A stretch of DNA of 64,000 nt from Amphiscolops sp. MND2022 (GCA_964187785.1 OZ076412.1:58468001-58532000), one strand, 5' to 3'; positions 33,954 to 47,186 are shown, counted from the stretch's first letter. A program made the numbers and translations. Notes: generated by a model from the letters alone, not told the origin.

Positions 33954-36900
33954 TCACTGCTCCAAAAACTTAGCTTTCACCAATACATTGCGCCCAGCCT
34001 GATTGATGTGTTTGAATCTGAAGACAATACAAAAGTAAAACTATGACTGATTTATAAAGGAATATACTGTAGCACAAAATGATATGTTTCAACTAAGCTC
34101 AACACATAGATTTTATTACTGCAAAATACTTGAATGAACAGATGTTTCCCATGCGGAAAAAAATATGCGAAAATTAGGGAATAAAAGGAAGCGTCAAACA
34201 GTGTCTCTGGGTACCTTTTTGTATAGATTGAATACGAACGGTTTGATTTAGAAGGGGGAATCCTAAACTCTTATAAACTGCGGCATTGGTTTTCAAGCTC
34301 GGAACTCAAGATTAACCTCATCACTTTTCGAGATAATCGCTATCGCTAGTTACCCGTTGTTTTCACCAATTCTTTCTTACTTTTAGTCAGAGAAAAAATC
34401 AGTTTTGCTGGATATCTGAATTCGCCCCAATATCTGACAAACGCCCCCTGTAAAAAAATTTCAAAACGAATTTTAGAATCATATTATGAGGGGGTTTTAA
34501 CTTTTTGATCGTTTTTTATTTCCTCTCGCTGATCATTCGAAATATTTCCGGCAACGAATTGGAAGGAATAACGTTAGCGGTTAAATTTTATTTTCAGCTT
34601 CTGATCATTAGCGGTGACAATAGCTGACAGTAGTTTTGATCTGTGAAACTGCAAGAAGGTAGGCTAAAAATTAAGTAACCTATCAGGTCCGAGTAGAACT
34701 CCCCCAAACCAACGAGAGACGACCACCATTACATTGACTACATCTGTGATCTGTAGAAGATGCAAAAGTCTCGAGCCAGCTCCGTGTTCACCTGAATCAC
34801 AGACGACCCCTTAGAATCATTCAAGATTCCGATATCATTACTGGAAGTGGTAAGGGTGAAGAGGAAAAACGAACCGTCTTCATCATGGTCTGCATTCAAA
34901 TAGCCTTTGTCGTTTTGAAATCTGTATGCCAATATGTTATGGGTCGCCTTTGCTACTTTCGGAATGCTAAAAACCAAGGTTTAAATCATTTTAAAATTTT
35001 TTAATGGTATTAAAAAAATTGAATTATTTCTTTTGTTTTAACCTTCACAAACGTTTGGGTGGAACTAATCATGTAGCCCAGCCATTTCTGACGATCGATG
35101 AAATTGTGATACGACAACTTTTTAATAACTTCTCGACTTCCCAATGTTTCAAAAATTAATTTCAATGAGACCGTTATTGATACTGTAAGGAGGCTTTGCA
35201 GCGTATTGACACATGCTAAACTTTAAAAACGCGCCCCCTTTACAACCTGGACAAATGCAACATATGTTTTTTAGTCGGCGCTTCATGAAGAGAAACGCGA
35301 CTATTATAGTGACTTTTTTAGTCGGCGCTTCATGAAGTGAAACGCGACTATTATAGTGACTTTTTTAGTCAACGCTTCATGAAGTGAAACGCGACTATTA
35401 TAGTGACTCTTTTTTTCTATCCACACGAACTGAACAAAAGTTCTACAAAATATTATTGCACTATTTGGTCTAGCGAACTGAACCAAAAAGGTTTTTCCTG
35501 TTTTTCCGCGTAACATACCATACCGGGCGAGACCAAAGGCTTCCCCCTTTCATTTTTTTTCGGCACTGCGAGACTTTCTTTTCGAAAAAAAAAATTTCCC
35601 CAAAGGGCCCCCCTGCATTTTTTTGATGTTTTGCGACAGAATGGATGTTGAAAAATCCCAAAGGGTCCCCCCCTTTCAGTTTTTTCCGGCATTGTGAGAT
35701 TTTTTCCCGCAAATGACAATTTTCCCCCCTTCAATTTTGTGATGTTTTACAACAGATTGGGTGTTTAAAAATCCCAAAGGGTCCCCCCTTTCAGTTTTTC
35801 GGCATTGTGAGACTTTTTTTCGAAAAGTTGTTTTTTTCTCCAACGGGCCCCCCTTCAACTGCGACAAAAATGTTGACAATTTCGGAAGTGTCCCCCTTTT
35901 AGCGCGCCAGGGGCTCGCGCTAGCGGGCCCCGGCGCGCCACTCGGTCCATTTTTTTGCTTTTTCGATATTCGAGTACTGTAAATTGACACTTGGATGTCC
36001 TTTTGCTATTTTTGAGCCTTGGATATGGCGCCGACTTTGACCGGTCCCGGCTTGTTATCACTTCACCTTGAAGTTCCGATACGCACGGTCCAACTGTTTT
36101 TATGAAGATTGAATTATTGCTTTAAAAGATTGTTGAACAGCCTTGCTCAAAAACAAAATCAAAGGCCATATTCATAAAAATTACTTGCATGCACAAAAAC
36201 CATTTCCGTTGAAATCTAGTAACGAAAACGTGGAAAATGTAAGTGAAATCCCAATTTTATAGAATCCTGAGAACGTTTTTCAGAAAGCTGGGTGGCCGAA
36301 TTGACAAGAGGTATACCTCTTAATCATGTATACATGATTATGACAATATTCCAGTATAAGTTGGGTTTTTAATGAAAAGCTTCTAATTCCTTGACGACTG
36401 GAATGACATACCGAACTCAAAAAGCCAGTCTCGGTGTTAAAACTCGAAAAATATTCTTCTATGTTGCCAAGTAAAAAATATAGTTGAATGCCAAAAATGC
36501 AAATTTTTTTGAAAACAAAACTTGAAAAAAAAATGCAAATTTTTTGAACACAGAGGCGAAGCGGTGCTTCGCAACACATGACGAAGACATCGATTATTTT
36601 AATAAGCGTATATATTTTAATCGCATGCGTATATATTCAACAGTTCAACTTTGTTCAATAACGTCCCTGGGGCACAGTGGTCAACACTTATGCCGTGCAA
36701 TCGGGAGGCTGCAGGTTCGAATCTCTCTGGGGTTTTGGGGTTTTTCTAAAAGGCGCTCATTATGAAGTTGACTATAGTGGAAAAAAACTTACTTAGCTGG
36801 ACTGCAATGCACATTGACTTCGTCATGTGCAAAAACAGTTTAAACACACAAAAAAAACTTTTTACATCTATGATCAAGATGTTACCTCTTGAGGTACAAC

Positions 36901-39900
36901 ATAACTTCGTCCACCTGTTTCTTGGATGCTACCTTGATACAATGACCTTGAAAGAAGCTGCGTCTGTCGACGATGAGATCAGAAGATACAAGGTTGGCAG
37001 CAATCTCCCGCATCCTGCAATCAGTCGGAATATCCACCGGCAATGACAGTAACGCGTCTGTGCGATACATTTGGTCAGCCTTGACTGGATCACTCTGAAA
37101 AAATTACCAAAATATTCTTTTCCCAGTTTTCTCAACACCTAAGCAAGAATGACTTCCTGCAGCATATTGTCTGAAATATGCTGCAGTTGCCATCCATTCA
37201 AATTCAAATTTTTCGTTGGGGAAACTTTGAGTTTGGAAGCTGTCTAGAAAAAGTCTTTTTTGTTTGGTCATTTATTAATGTTTATGTTTATAATGAACCA
37301 GTCGGTTTGGACCCGAATTGGTATGGCTCTTATTGAACTTCAGAAAACTCTAAGTATTGAAGTTTCAAAACCAAGGAGTAGGCACCGTACTTCCTGTAGT
37401 AGCTATTGCGCACCTATAATCTACAACTTTTATACCTCTGAGAAATATGAAAAATAACAACTTTTCTTATACATCTTGATCTTTAAACGTCATTACTACC
37501 GAGACGTTGTTGAGAAAAGGATGAAAACATTCGCCTCCAGAACACAATTTCGGTTTTTCGTTGTACCTTAATTCTCATACCGTGATTCATTATCAGTACT
37601 TATTATTCAGTTTTAATATTTCCCGCCCATAGTTCCATATGGGAAAAATACTGAGCCGAATTTTCTAACTTTGTTTTACCATTTAGACCCAAATGATTGA
37701 GGTTCTTCATCTCTAGCCGGTTGGGGTACCCTGTAAAACTTATCCGAGAAGTTTAAAAAGTGGACATAAACCGGGAACGGCCCAACTCGGCGATCGCTTA
37801 AGGCTCAAAAACGCAAAGAATTACTTTTAAAAAGGCTTTCGCGTTTTTTCTGTAACTGAAAACAACAAAAAATCGAAGGGTTAAATAAAAAACAAGTCGG
37901 GAACGGCCCAAGTCGGCGCCATATCTAAGGCTCAAAAATAGCAAAAGGACTTCAGAGTGTCAAAGTATTCTCTTCTACAGCACCCGAATTTTTTTTTTGA
38001 AAAGTCTCACAATGCCAAAAAAATTGAAAGGGGGACAATAGGGGGCAGAATAGAAACAAAATGAAGGGGGCGCCTTTGGAGCATTAAAAAAATTGCGAAA
38101 AAAGTCTCACAAAGCCGAAATAACATGCACAAAAAAGTAACCTCTATGCCAAGTGCCAGTAGAAGTAACAGTTTAGTGTGGCAGTTAGTATAAGTGGAAG
38201 CCAGCTAATAAAGCTTATGAAATCTGTCACTTCGTTGGTCTTTAAAAAAAGAAAAGTCACTGCTATAGTCTGCGTTTTCTACGAAAAGCGCCGACTAAAA
38301 ATTGAAGGAGTCTGTGCCAAAAATCCTGAAAGCCTTGTACTGAATAGCCTTGCAATGTGGTGCTAGCTGCAGTTTAGACTTGCTGCACGGCTATATGAAA
38401 CCGTTAACGAAGCTGATCAAATTGAACAAAACAGTGCATCTTTCAATGTGTGACTGACGAAAAACAAGGCTACGCACTTTGATACCCATAGATTTTTTTC
38501 GATTACACGCGAGACTCGAACCGATGACCTAATTGCGAAACACGCATCCTAACCACTAGGCAAAATGTCACTTGCGGCGGAAGTCTCTTTAAAAAAATCG
38601 GCCATTCTGTGTAAACTCTGTGGTCTGGAGAAAAAACTAGTTACAGTGGAAGCCGCTTATATGGGACGCCTCAGGGCCGGGTATTCTTGTCTACTATATC
38701 CGTTGTCTCTTTTACCAGTAGTACAATAACTTTCTTTATTTCAGCGGGGACCGAAATATGTGTGCCAATTAAGCGTTGTCTTATGCGCATGTCCCATTTA
38801 AGCGGCTTCCACTGTACTGTGATTGTCGGGCATATTCTACAAGAAAATAGTTTTGTGTCTCAAAAAAGACGAAAAGAACTGAAAATTGTCAAATGAATAG
38901 AAAAATTGAATCTGCAACAGCCGTAAATTGTTTGAACGGTGAAACAATTCAAACTAGCACAAAAACATAGAAATTTTGGTGCAGAATTGATAGTTTATTT
39001 TTAGAACCAAACAAAAATAGCTGCTTTCGCTCGAGGGCTTCATAATTAATACGATAATTGCTCAAAATCGCAATGTGTTCCGTAGTATGACTATTATATG
39101 GGAGAAAACACGGGTGCCATGTTCGTTTCAAAATAGATAATTTTGTGGCAAATACCGGAAGCAAATTATTTCCAAATTACCACTAGAAACAAAAATTTGC
39201 ATTCGCAAAAGACACAAAGAAAATCAGAATTTCCCAGTGTGGAAGATTGTTTATTTTTAGAACGAACAAAAAACGATTTCTACTCGGGGCTTTATGAATA
39301 CGATAATTGCACAAAACCGCAATGTGTTCAGTAGCATACTATCCGTGAGAAAATAAAGTAGTTTTTTGGAGAAAAATGGATGCCATGTTCGTTTCAAAAG
39401 AGCATTACGTGACATAAATGGAAAGAAAACTGTTTTCAAGATACTGCCTGAAACATTGGAGATTTACATTGGACCAATTCAAGTGGAAAAAAAGAATGCC
39501 GTTTGTAGAACCTGAGCAAGGAACCAGAACGGAAAAGTACCATTTATATTCTCAATTTCGGTAATAAAAGTTGGAATACATCCAGGGCCTAATTTGAAAT
39601 TGTTAGTTCTAGGTCTCTTTCAATTTGTAGCTAATTCTCGGCGAAACCCTTTGGGCGAAATGCTGTAAATTTGATTCGAATTTGAGAATAAATTACATAA
39701 ATTTTATCCAAAGCGGCGTTTTCGACTTTTTCGGTCCCGGCGAAAAAGTTCGGGAATCCTAAATTATACAACGTCTTACAATTATTAAGCTAGGCATATT
39801 CCTTAAATACTACTTCCCTTCCCGGTAATATAAAAGCAGGATTACTTGAACACGCGAGGCGGCGATTTGTTCAATGAAGGTACGTATTTCGTCGATCCAT

Positions 39901-40250
39901 CTGAACACGACCGGCTCTTGATAATTGGTGAGATAGGTATCGAACAGAATTCCATGCAAAACTTCTTTCTCCGTGGGCTTCATCCAGGGAGCAGATATTT
40001 CGAAAATGGGGGGTTCCAATCTAGGGTAGCACAGAGAGAAAGTCACGGTGAATGTGACACAATACTCGGTGGGGTACTCTGATGACGTAATTTCAATTTC
40101 GAACTTGCTCAGACCCACACATTTCCAGGTGTCACTTCCAAATATGGAATCCAGGGCAGCTAGTTCATCTTCCTGCAAAGAGAGACACTCGGCAACTACT
40201 TCATCTGAGTTGCAAGCCAATTCTTCTTCGTCGGTTGTTTTTTCGGACAT
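33954..40250 (-). CDS. IMPACT: Protein IMPACT (RWD domain + UPF0029), 5 exons
   Basis: Exons 40250-39846 (RWD: QEDELAALDSIF, YPRLEPP, VVFRWID), 37094-36886 (VDRRSFFQGH), 34966-34875 (KVAKATHNILAYR...DHDEDG), 34791-34680 (EHGAGSRLLHLL...VVVSRWFGGVLLGPDR), 34017-33954 (FKHINQAGR..stop). Phases are consistent. Confidence 0.95.
35267..36055. mobile_element. HINE family A copy (opposite orientation) with a triplicated terminal hairpin
   Basis: TTTTTAGTCGGCGCTTCATGAAG..AAACGCGACTATTATAGTGAC x3 (35267-35407); the other end is GGCGCCGACTTTGACCGGTCCCGGCTTGTT. Confidence 0.7.
36547..36832. mobile_element. HINE-like family B (~285 bp) containing a tRNA-like cassette, copy 1
   Basis: Terminal stem-loop GCGAAGC-GGT-GCTTCGC, sub-TIR CACATGACGAAG / CTTCGTCATGTG, A box GGCACAGTGG and B box GGTTCGAATC. 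Near-identical to the copies at 46896 and 56661. Confidence 0.8.
37768..38301. mobile_element. HINE family A copies (partial plus complete)
   Basis: Heads CCGGGAACGGCCCAA at ~37770 and ~37897; tail ATAGTCTGCG...GCGCCGACTAAAAA at ~38265-38301. Confidence 0.65.
38644..38814. mobile_element. Tc1/mariner (pogo/Tigger-like) MITE, 171 bp
   Basis: TA|CAGTGGAAGCCGCTTATATGGGAC ... GTCCCATTTAAGCGGCTTCCACTG|TA. Confidence 0.88.
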
Positions 40251-41198
40251 TCGGCTACTCAGATGTTATATAGATACAGTTTAAAGTTCCGTTATTAAAC
40301 ATCTCTCATCTGAACATACGATTCACCCAAAACGACCGCTGTTAGAAAAAAGCTTAACAGAAGGATATGTAATGGTAAACAGATGAATGGAATAAAATGA
40401 AGATACAATTCATAAATTTAATGAAACTTACGAAATTCCTTTGCATTTTTGTATCATTATTTCTGCCCACATATAATGGGGGAGGAAAATCATGATCTGT
40501 GTTGAGTTTTTTTCTTAATTCTGTCAAATCTCCGAGGTCCTCTTTCGACTTAACTACTTGACTATTTCATGTAGCTACTTGACTATTTTAGTTATTTGTA
40601 ACTAAAATAGTCAAGTAACTAAAACAGCTTAGAAGAGGGAAAAATATCTGAAGTAAAAATGGGAATAATATCTAAAGGGAATAAGATCTAAAATCACTAA
40701 ATTTTAGATCTTATACTTTAAATCCTATTCCCCCCTCCCAAAATAGCTATGGCTCAGTTGGTGAAGGCGAAGAATGCAGAAAATATCCCGGTACTTAGCG
40801 GGCGTCTTGTTCAAAATGAACAGTGAACTGAAATCTCCTCAAAGAAAAACAAATTGATTAGCAGGGGAATGCTCGAATTGTGATTTCATCAATACGTGTG
40901 TGATACAATAATGGGAGCTGTGCTCGTTTCCATATTTTCAAAAACGAGATCACCAGTTGATGGTGTCCCCAGTTCGTCGTTAACTCAAAATGCGCCTTGC
41001 ATGTAATATTCACTTTTGAATCAAATCGGGCGCTCATAAAACCCTTCTTACACCTTCTGGGATTAAAATAAAATTGTACGAGGATCTAGTAAATTCTTCA
41101 TTCAAACACTTGAATGATTTAAATATTAGTGCAAAATATTTTAAAAACTTTGGAAGCACCCTGATGATTAAAAAGAAAAAAAATGTATAAATAATTTA

Positions 41199-43750
41199 TT
41201 AGAAATTGACCAAGGAAGTGTCCTCGAAGGCAACGATGGGATTGGTTCTGGCCATCTGTCGTTTCATCTGATCAGAGACATTGCAGCAATTGCGAAATAC
41301 TCCCGTCTTTTTCCAGAACATCAGAGGCAAAACCTCCCTGTCGTCTAGGGCTTGGTTGCTCTCCACACAGAAACCTAAAACAACAAGGCTGATTCCATCC
41401 AATCTACTAAAGAATGAAACAAGATGGGGGATCGTCTCAAGTCGGCTTACTGTCATCAAATTTACTACCCTACCTGTTCCAGATGGTTTCACATGGAACT
41501 ACAGACTGGTGCAGGGCTCTTATGAACGGCAGTCCCACCATCATACCCCTATGAAGCACAGACCCCCAAGTTGCACCTTCTAAAGAACAGGTCCTCCAAG
41601 CATCCTTGGAGACCTGTCGTTCATAAGATCCTGGTCCAGCTACGTGGTTGCTTCTGTGATCAGTATTTGACATCAGGAGAACTTCAAACGACGTCTCCAA
41701 GCGAAAACATGGACGAACTCAAGTTGCTTTCCTCTCATTCCCATTTGATGTTTGCTTTTCAAAACGTCGCTTTTTGCCCATGCAGTTATAGGAATCATTA
41801 AAAATTTGAGCTTTGATCACATCAAGTGACTGTGATAGTACTTTACAATTCGAGGAATATATACAACAATGCTGATATCAGAAAAGACTCAATTATCGTG
41901 GAACTCTAGGTTTGAGCAAATTTTTTAGCTATCATTTCTCCTCTTTTGTGTTCGCCTAGCTTGTTTTTCTTTATTCAATGTTGCCTTTTACATCAGAAGT
42001 CTTCATTTGCAATCATCAACAATGAAAAACTTCTGAGACAAAAATTGTGAAAGCTTCATATACAGCTGAATCCTCATAATTCGTATCCCTAGGGACCGAA
42101 TAACCTGGTACGAATAACAAAAAATACGAAATAAATCGGATATTACTTTCGTCATCGAGAAATGGGGGAGGTGCATACGAATTGAACGAAGATCCGAATT
42201 ATCCGGATTCGAATTAAACGGAATTGGCAGTAGCTGAGTTATAAAGAAAATTGGGGTTTTTGCTGTTTTTCCCATTGGCATGTTTTTTATTCAATAAACT
42301 GACCCAAATTTACTGGATCCTAGACAATCCGCAGAATCAAACGAATCTAAAATTTCCAGAAACGAAAACCTGATCAAAACTGGAAAAATGTCTGAAGGGT
42401 TCATTCTGCGCCCGAAATTTCATTTAATGCACCAATCAAACGTGAAAGTGGGAGCAAATAAGCCATTTTAATTTACTGATAACGTAGCTCAACGCATAGG
42501 GGATCATCAAGGATTTCTTAATCACACTGCTGTATGGGATAATTTAAATCAATTCATCATAGTTTTGCTAAAATTTTGAGGAAAAATCATTTTTTGAATT
42601 ATGATTATCACTGGTGAAAAGACTTCAATGGTCGGGGAGATGAAGAATCTCACTTTGAACATTGGGCAGATGAAGCAATCGTTGAATAGAATGAACTAGC
42701 ATTGGGTTGCAACGCACAATATCGAAACTTGTCAACATATCGGAGTCAAAATTGCGAATGAATTCAATCAGTTGAAGCTCTTGCAACCAGATCAGATTGG
42801 AAAACTGGAACTTCTTCAGAATCGGAAATCTCACTTCTTCCGATTCACTCGAAAAATCACGAACGCTAAAAAACTCAGAAGTGATTTTAACCAATTCATT
42901 TCCAAGAAAAAAAACGTTTCAGATGACAACTGGCTTTCAAGGGCCGATGTTGAAAAAAATGTAGAAAAATGGTGAAACTTTTGACATTGACTGGTAAAAA
43001 AAACATTGACACAATTTTCTTTGGAAGGTGACAAAAACCGGTAGCCATTAAAAATGATAATGAAACGAAGTTTTTGTACCTTTCTGTATTTTCTATAAGC
43101 CCATCAAGCAGAAGCTCCTCCAAGAAAGGAGCCTCCATTTCTGTCAACATGAAATGGAAAAAGTCGTGATTGATCAGTTTACACTGTCTCACAGATAATT
43201 TTCTAAGACCTTGATATTTCTTCAGAAAGTTCTCCAAGTACTCCTGCTTCAATCTGAACAACTTTTCCAGCACCAGTATTTTGAGATCCGGCAACCGGGC
43301 TAGAAAGTGTAGAGAATTTCCAGTGACTTCTGCCAGACTTATAGCCAGATCTTGCAAGGTGGAGATAGATGACAGATACTTTAATGAAACATCATTGAGA
43401 CTGCAACATCCTCGAAGGTCCACTTTGGTCAAACAACTGCAATAATTGGAAAGATTGAGAATCGAACGATCTTGGAGATTATACTGCTCTACCAACGAAA
43501 CACCAGATGTACTAGCAACGTTGAAAGTTAGCAGTATTCTATGGAGAACTTCATCGGTGAGAACCAGTTTTCGGGGTTCAGGACATTGACCTTCTCGAGA
43601 GGAGTTCAAGTTAAGCGTTCCAGTGAGGGCGAACTGTTGAACAGTGTGTTTCCAGTTGATGCATACTCGGGGTATGACGAACAGAAGAGTGTACCCATCC
43701 AAGTATTTGAAGCACCTCTCCAACAGAAACACATCCAAACAGTTCCACAT
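41199..43750 (-). CDS. F-box/LRR-repeat-like protein (spliced; 3' exon structure uncertain)
   Basis: Exon 43750-43080 has an F-box (LLERCFKYLDGYTLLFVIPRVCINWK) and LRRs (LTKVDLRGCCSLNDVSL, LRKLSVRQCKLI). An in-phase exon starts at 42865 and may stop at 42625. Further candidate exons lie at ~41700-41474 and 41403-41199 (RNCCNVSD). Confidence 0.7.
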
Positions 43751-44209
43751 GCAAAACTACAGTCAACGTATTATTTTCATGAAGCATTAGAAACCTGAAG
43801 TAATTAATTTCACTTGCCATTGGTGAAGCTGGATTTTCATCTGCAACTTTAAAGAGAGGTACAGTTATAATCTTTTTAGCGAAAAGCTCCAACTTCCTCT
43901 ATATTAGATCAAATTACTAGAACCACAAACCTAATGATAAGATCCCGGTTTACAGTCACCACTTTCGCTAGAAAACGCAGACTTCGGTAATGGATTTTAA
44001 AAGAGTATCGAAATGGCAGACTCTATAAATTTCAATGACTTTCTTCACTTCGTTCTGTTTTCACGCAACTTGGCCTAGTAGATCGAGTGCGTGAATGTGG
44101 AGCAAGGAAGACGTGAATTTGAACCCTGGGATGGACAAATATATTTGGATCTCCGAAAACATTGAACGAGAACCATTTGGGTTTTCCGGCACTGGGTGAC
44201 TTTCGAAAA

Positions 44210-44765
44210 CTTTGAACAAAGGGTACCACCTGAACTTTTTTATGTTTGCGGTTTGGAAAAAGCGGCTTTTCCAAGAATTGAGAGTAGGTACAGCTGACAG
44301 TATCAAAGCAGTTGTTTCGAAGCACATCAATATTAACGTCAAACAGTCGTTTTGCTCTGAGAATGACGACAAATGTTTCACTTTTCACAGTAAAAGTATG
44401 AAACTGAGAAACGTTTGAAAAACGTGCCACTTATATTCAGCGATCTTTTTGAGAATGCCGATGATGTTGGAACTGCTACTGGAACAAAACCCAAAAAGAA
44501 AAGTATCCTTACTAGATTTCGCAGTCTGTCAGCAATCCTGTGTCTTTGACAACGATCGATCTCAGATCACTTCAGGTATCTCGTGTATTTTTCAGCGAAT
44601 CAATGCGAGGTAAATGGCTTCGGAACAAACCACGTTCGGCAATTGGGGAAGATCGCAACCACTCTTTTGTCGAGCAGTGCTTCTATAGCGACTGCTGAAC
44701 GCTTATTCAGCCAAGCAGTACTTTTAAATCAAAAAGAGTACGAACAATTAGGCCAGATTTACTAA
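44210..44765 (+). pseudogene. Degenerate hAT transposase remnant
   Basis: QLGKIATTLLSSSASIATAERLFSQA matches the hAT dimerization motif; upstream fragments such as GTADSIKAVV are broken by stops. Confidence 0.65.
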
Positions 44766-44830
44766 TACTCTTTTTTTGTTAAAGACTATTCATAAAGTTT
44801 AGTCTTGATTGTTCTCCATGATCTCGTGAG

Positions 44831-45395
44831 TTTTTTAGTCGGAGCTTTCGAAGGAAACACTATATATAGTAATGGCTTTTTTCAAGACCACTACAAACTT
44901 ATTTCTATAAACACGCCCACTTCCATAACTTCAAATTCACGTGCCACTTGGCTTAGGGAATGAGTGTATGGCAGGAAATCAAGTGTACGTGTTTCGAATC
45001 CTGGGCTGGAACAAAAAAATTAAGCTTGAGACAGTGCGGGCGACCAAAAGGCGACCCTGTGTTTTTTCAACACTGCGACTTTTTTTGTTTTTTTTTCAAA
45101 AAAAATCATTTGGTGAAAAAGAAAACCCCTTCACTTTTTAAAAATCTTCGTCTCGAAAAATGAAGGGTCTTTCTGGGTTTTTCAGCACTGTCAATTTTCC
45201 AAAATTTAGGTTTTTTATGTTAGTGAAAAAAGCGGTGAAAAAGTTAGGGAAAAAGCGGTTTTTAGCCTTATGGGTTACCCTATTTTTTTCGGCACTGTAA
45301 CTTTGATTTAAAAATTACATAGCAGTGTCCCTTTAAAACACTTTGCTCTTTTCAAACCCCAAGCGGGCGCGGACATGGGCCGTTCCCGGCTTGTT
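44831..45395. mobile_element. Diverged HINE family A copy (opposite orientation)
   Basis: TTTTTAGTCGGAGC start; GGGCCGTTCCCGGCTTGTT end. Confidence 0.55.
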
Positions 45396-45946
45396 TAACA
45401 AGCGGTAGAGATAATTTTCAATAGCGGTAGCGTTGAATTTGAGTAGCGATCAAACTGGTCCACATAGCCAATACAGCTCTACATACAAATTTTAACCATT
45501 TCCATCCAATTAATACACGGGGACAAAGAATACGATTCAATTATTTCTATGATCTGCCACAGTTACTTACTACTGGTCCCAAAATAAAGGAGCGAAGCGA
45601 AGTGTCATTACCTGTCTAGCAGCTGATTTTGAGAAAGACCGGCCAGGAGGGGAGCGAAGCATGCCGAAAGGAGAAAGGCCCAGTCATACAACACATTTAA
45701 ATGGGATTTCACTTTTCAGACTTTTTTGGACTTTAATTCCAATAAATAGTTTTGGATGACGTTACTTCCACCTTGCTTGGACTTTACTTCTTCCAACCGA
45801 AAATACGACTACTACGAGCATATGACATTTCGCGTTCATATTTGAATGCAGGCAAAACCCTCGGCGTACGAATATTTAACACTCCCTCGTTTTATCAATA
45901 AAAGCACAGGTACAAGAAATAGATAAACTAGCTAAGACTTGGAGTA

Positions 45947-46751
45947 CCCATGTTGAGCACTCCCTGCGAATCTGTACAGAACCTGACAGATATTCCAGGA
46001 ATGTTCGAAAATTGAATAGTCATAAATTCAGTTTTTGAAAATGAAAATAGTTGATTAAAAACTGCGCTACGAAAACACTTCCTCTTATTTGAAGTTTTAA
46101 AAAAGTTTCTGTGCGAATCTGTACAGATCTATACAGATCCTTGCAGATATTCCAGGATTTGTTAAAAATTAACCATACGAAAATGACCAATAAATTACTA
46201 TAACGTATTCCGAGTTTCCAGGAAGTACTAAAACTACTCCAGCAAACCATATTCCCAAAATATCACAACCGCAGCACTTTATCAACACGTCTACCAACTC
46301 AGAAGGTTGCCACATGTCAAATTTCATCCGTCAGAACGACGTCAATATGACAAATGAGCTTCTCAAAGTTGAAAAACCACTTCTGGAAAGTTCAAGTAAA
46401 ATGGATAAATTACGGTGTATAACCAATACGGCGCACTCTCCAGTCACCAAAACTACCATGATGGGGACAAGATTTCCTGCTCAAGAATTTTGAGTGATGG
46501 CGAGTTTCAATTGACTGAGCCTTGGTCAGCAAAAATATTTATTGAAGTAGCCCAAAAATGAAATGCATAGTTTCACTATAAGGTCCGGAAACAATTTTCC
46601 TGAAAAATCTGTACAGAAAATCTTTGAACATCTGTAAAGATCCTTGCAGATCTGCAGTTGTCCTTACGTAGCAGTTGCACGATCTTTACAGATCCTCAAG
46701 GAAAATTTGCTCACAGATCTTTGCAGATTCTCAAAGAGAGCTCAACATGGG
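45947..46751. mobile_element. Non-autonomous DNA transposon with CCC..GGG ends and TA TSD (CMC/EnSpm-like)
   Basis: TA|CCCATGTTGAGC ... GCTCAACATGGG|TA, with internal CTGTACAGA / CAGATC repeats. Confidence 0.8.
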
Positions 46752-46895
46752 TAGCGCTGCCTCACTGCTACCAAAGGTGAACTAGCTAAGACTTGTAGTC
46801 TCGACAAAATAGAACGATAGGGGTCTGCAAAACACGGTTACAATTTCAATAACATTTCAGCTTACACAGAAAATTTAAAAAGACTCAAATTATGA

Positions 46896-47186
46896 AACAC
46901 AGAGGCGAAGCGGTGCTTCGCAACACATGACAAAGACATCGATTATTTTAATATGCGTATATATATTATTTTAATCGCATGCGTATATATTCAACAGTTC
47001 AACTTTGTTCAATAACGTCCCTATGGCACAGTGGTCAACACTTATGCCGTGCAATCGGGAGGCTGTAGGTTCGAATCTCCCTGGGGTTTTTGCTTTTTTC
47101 TAAAAGGCGCTCATTATGAAGTTGACTATAGTGGAAAAAAACTTACTTAGCTGGACTGCAATGCACATTGACTTCGTCATGTGCAA
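46896..47186. mobile_element. HINE-like family B with tRNA-like cassette, copy 2
   Basis: Near-identical to 36547-36832. Confidence 0.8.

Noticed and set aside
36664..36735. Functional tRNA-Cys gene (also ~47015 and ~56780)
   Set aside because: Acceptor, anticodon and T stems pair poorly, and the sequence is embedded in a dispersed repeat.
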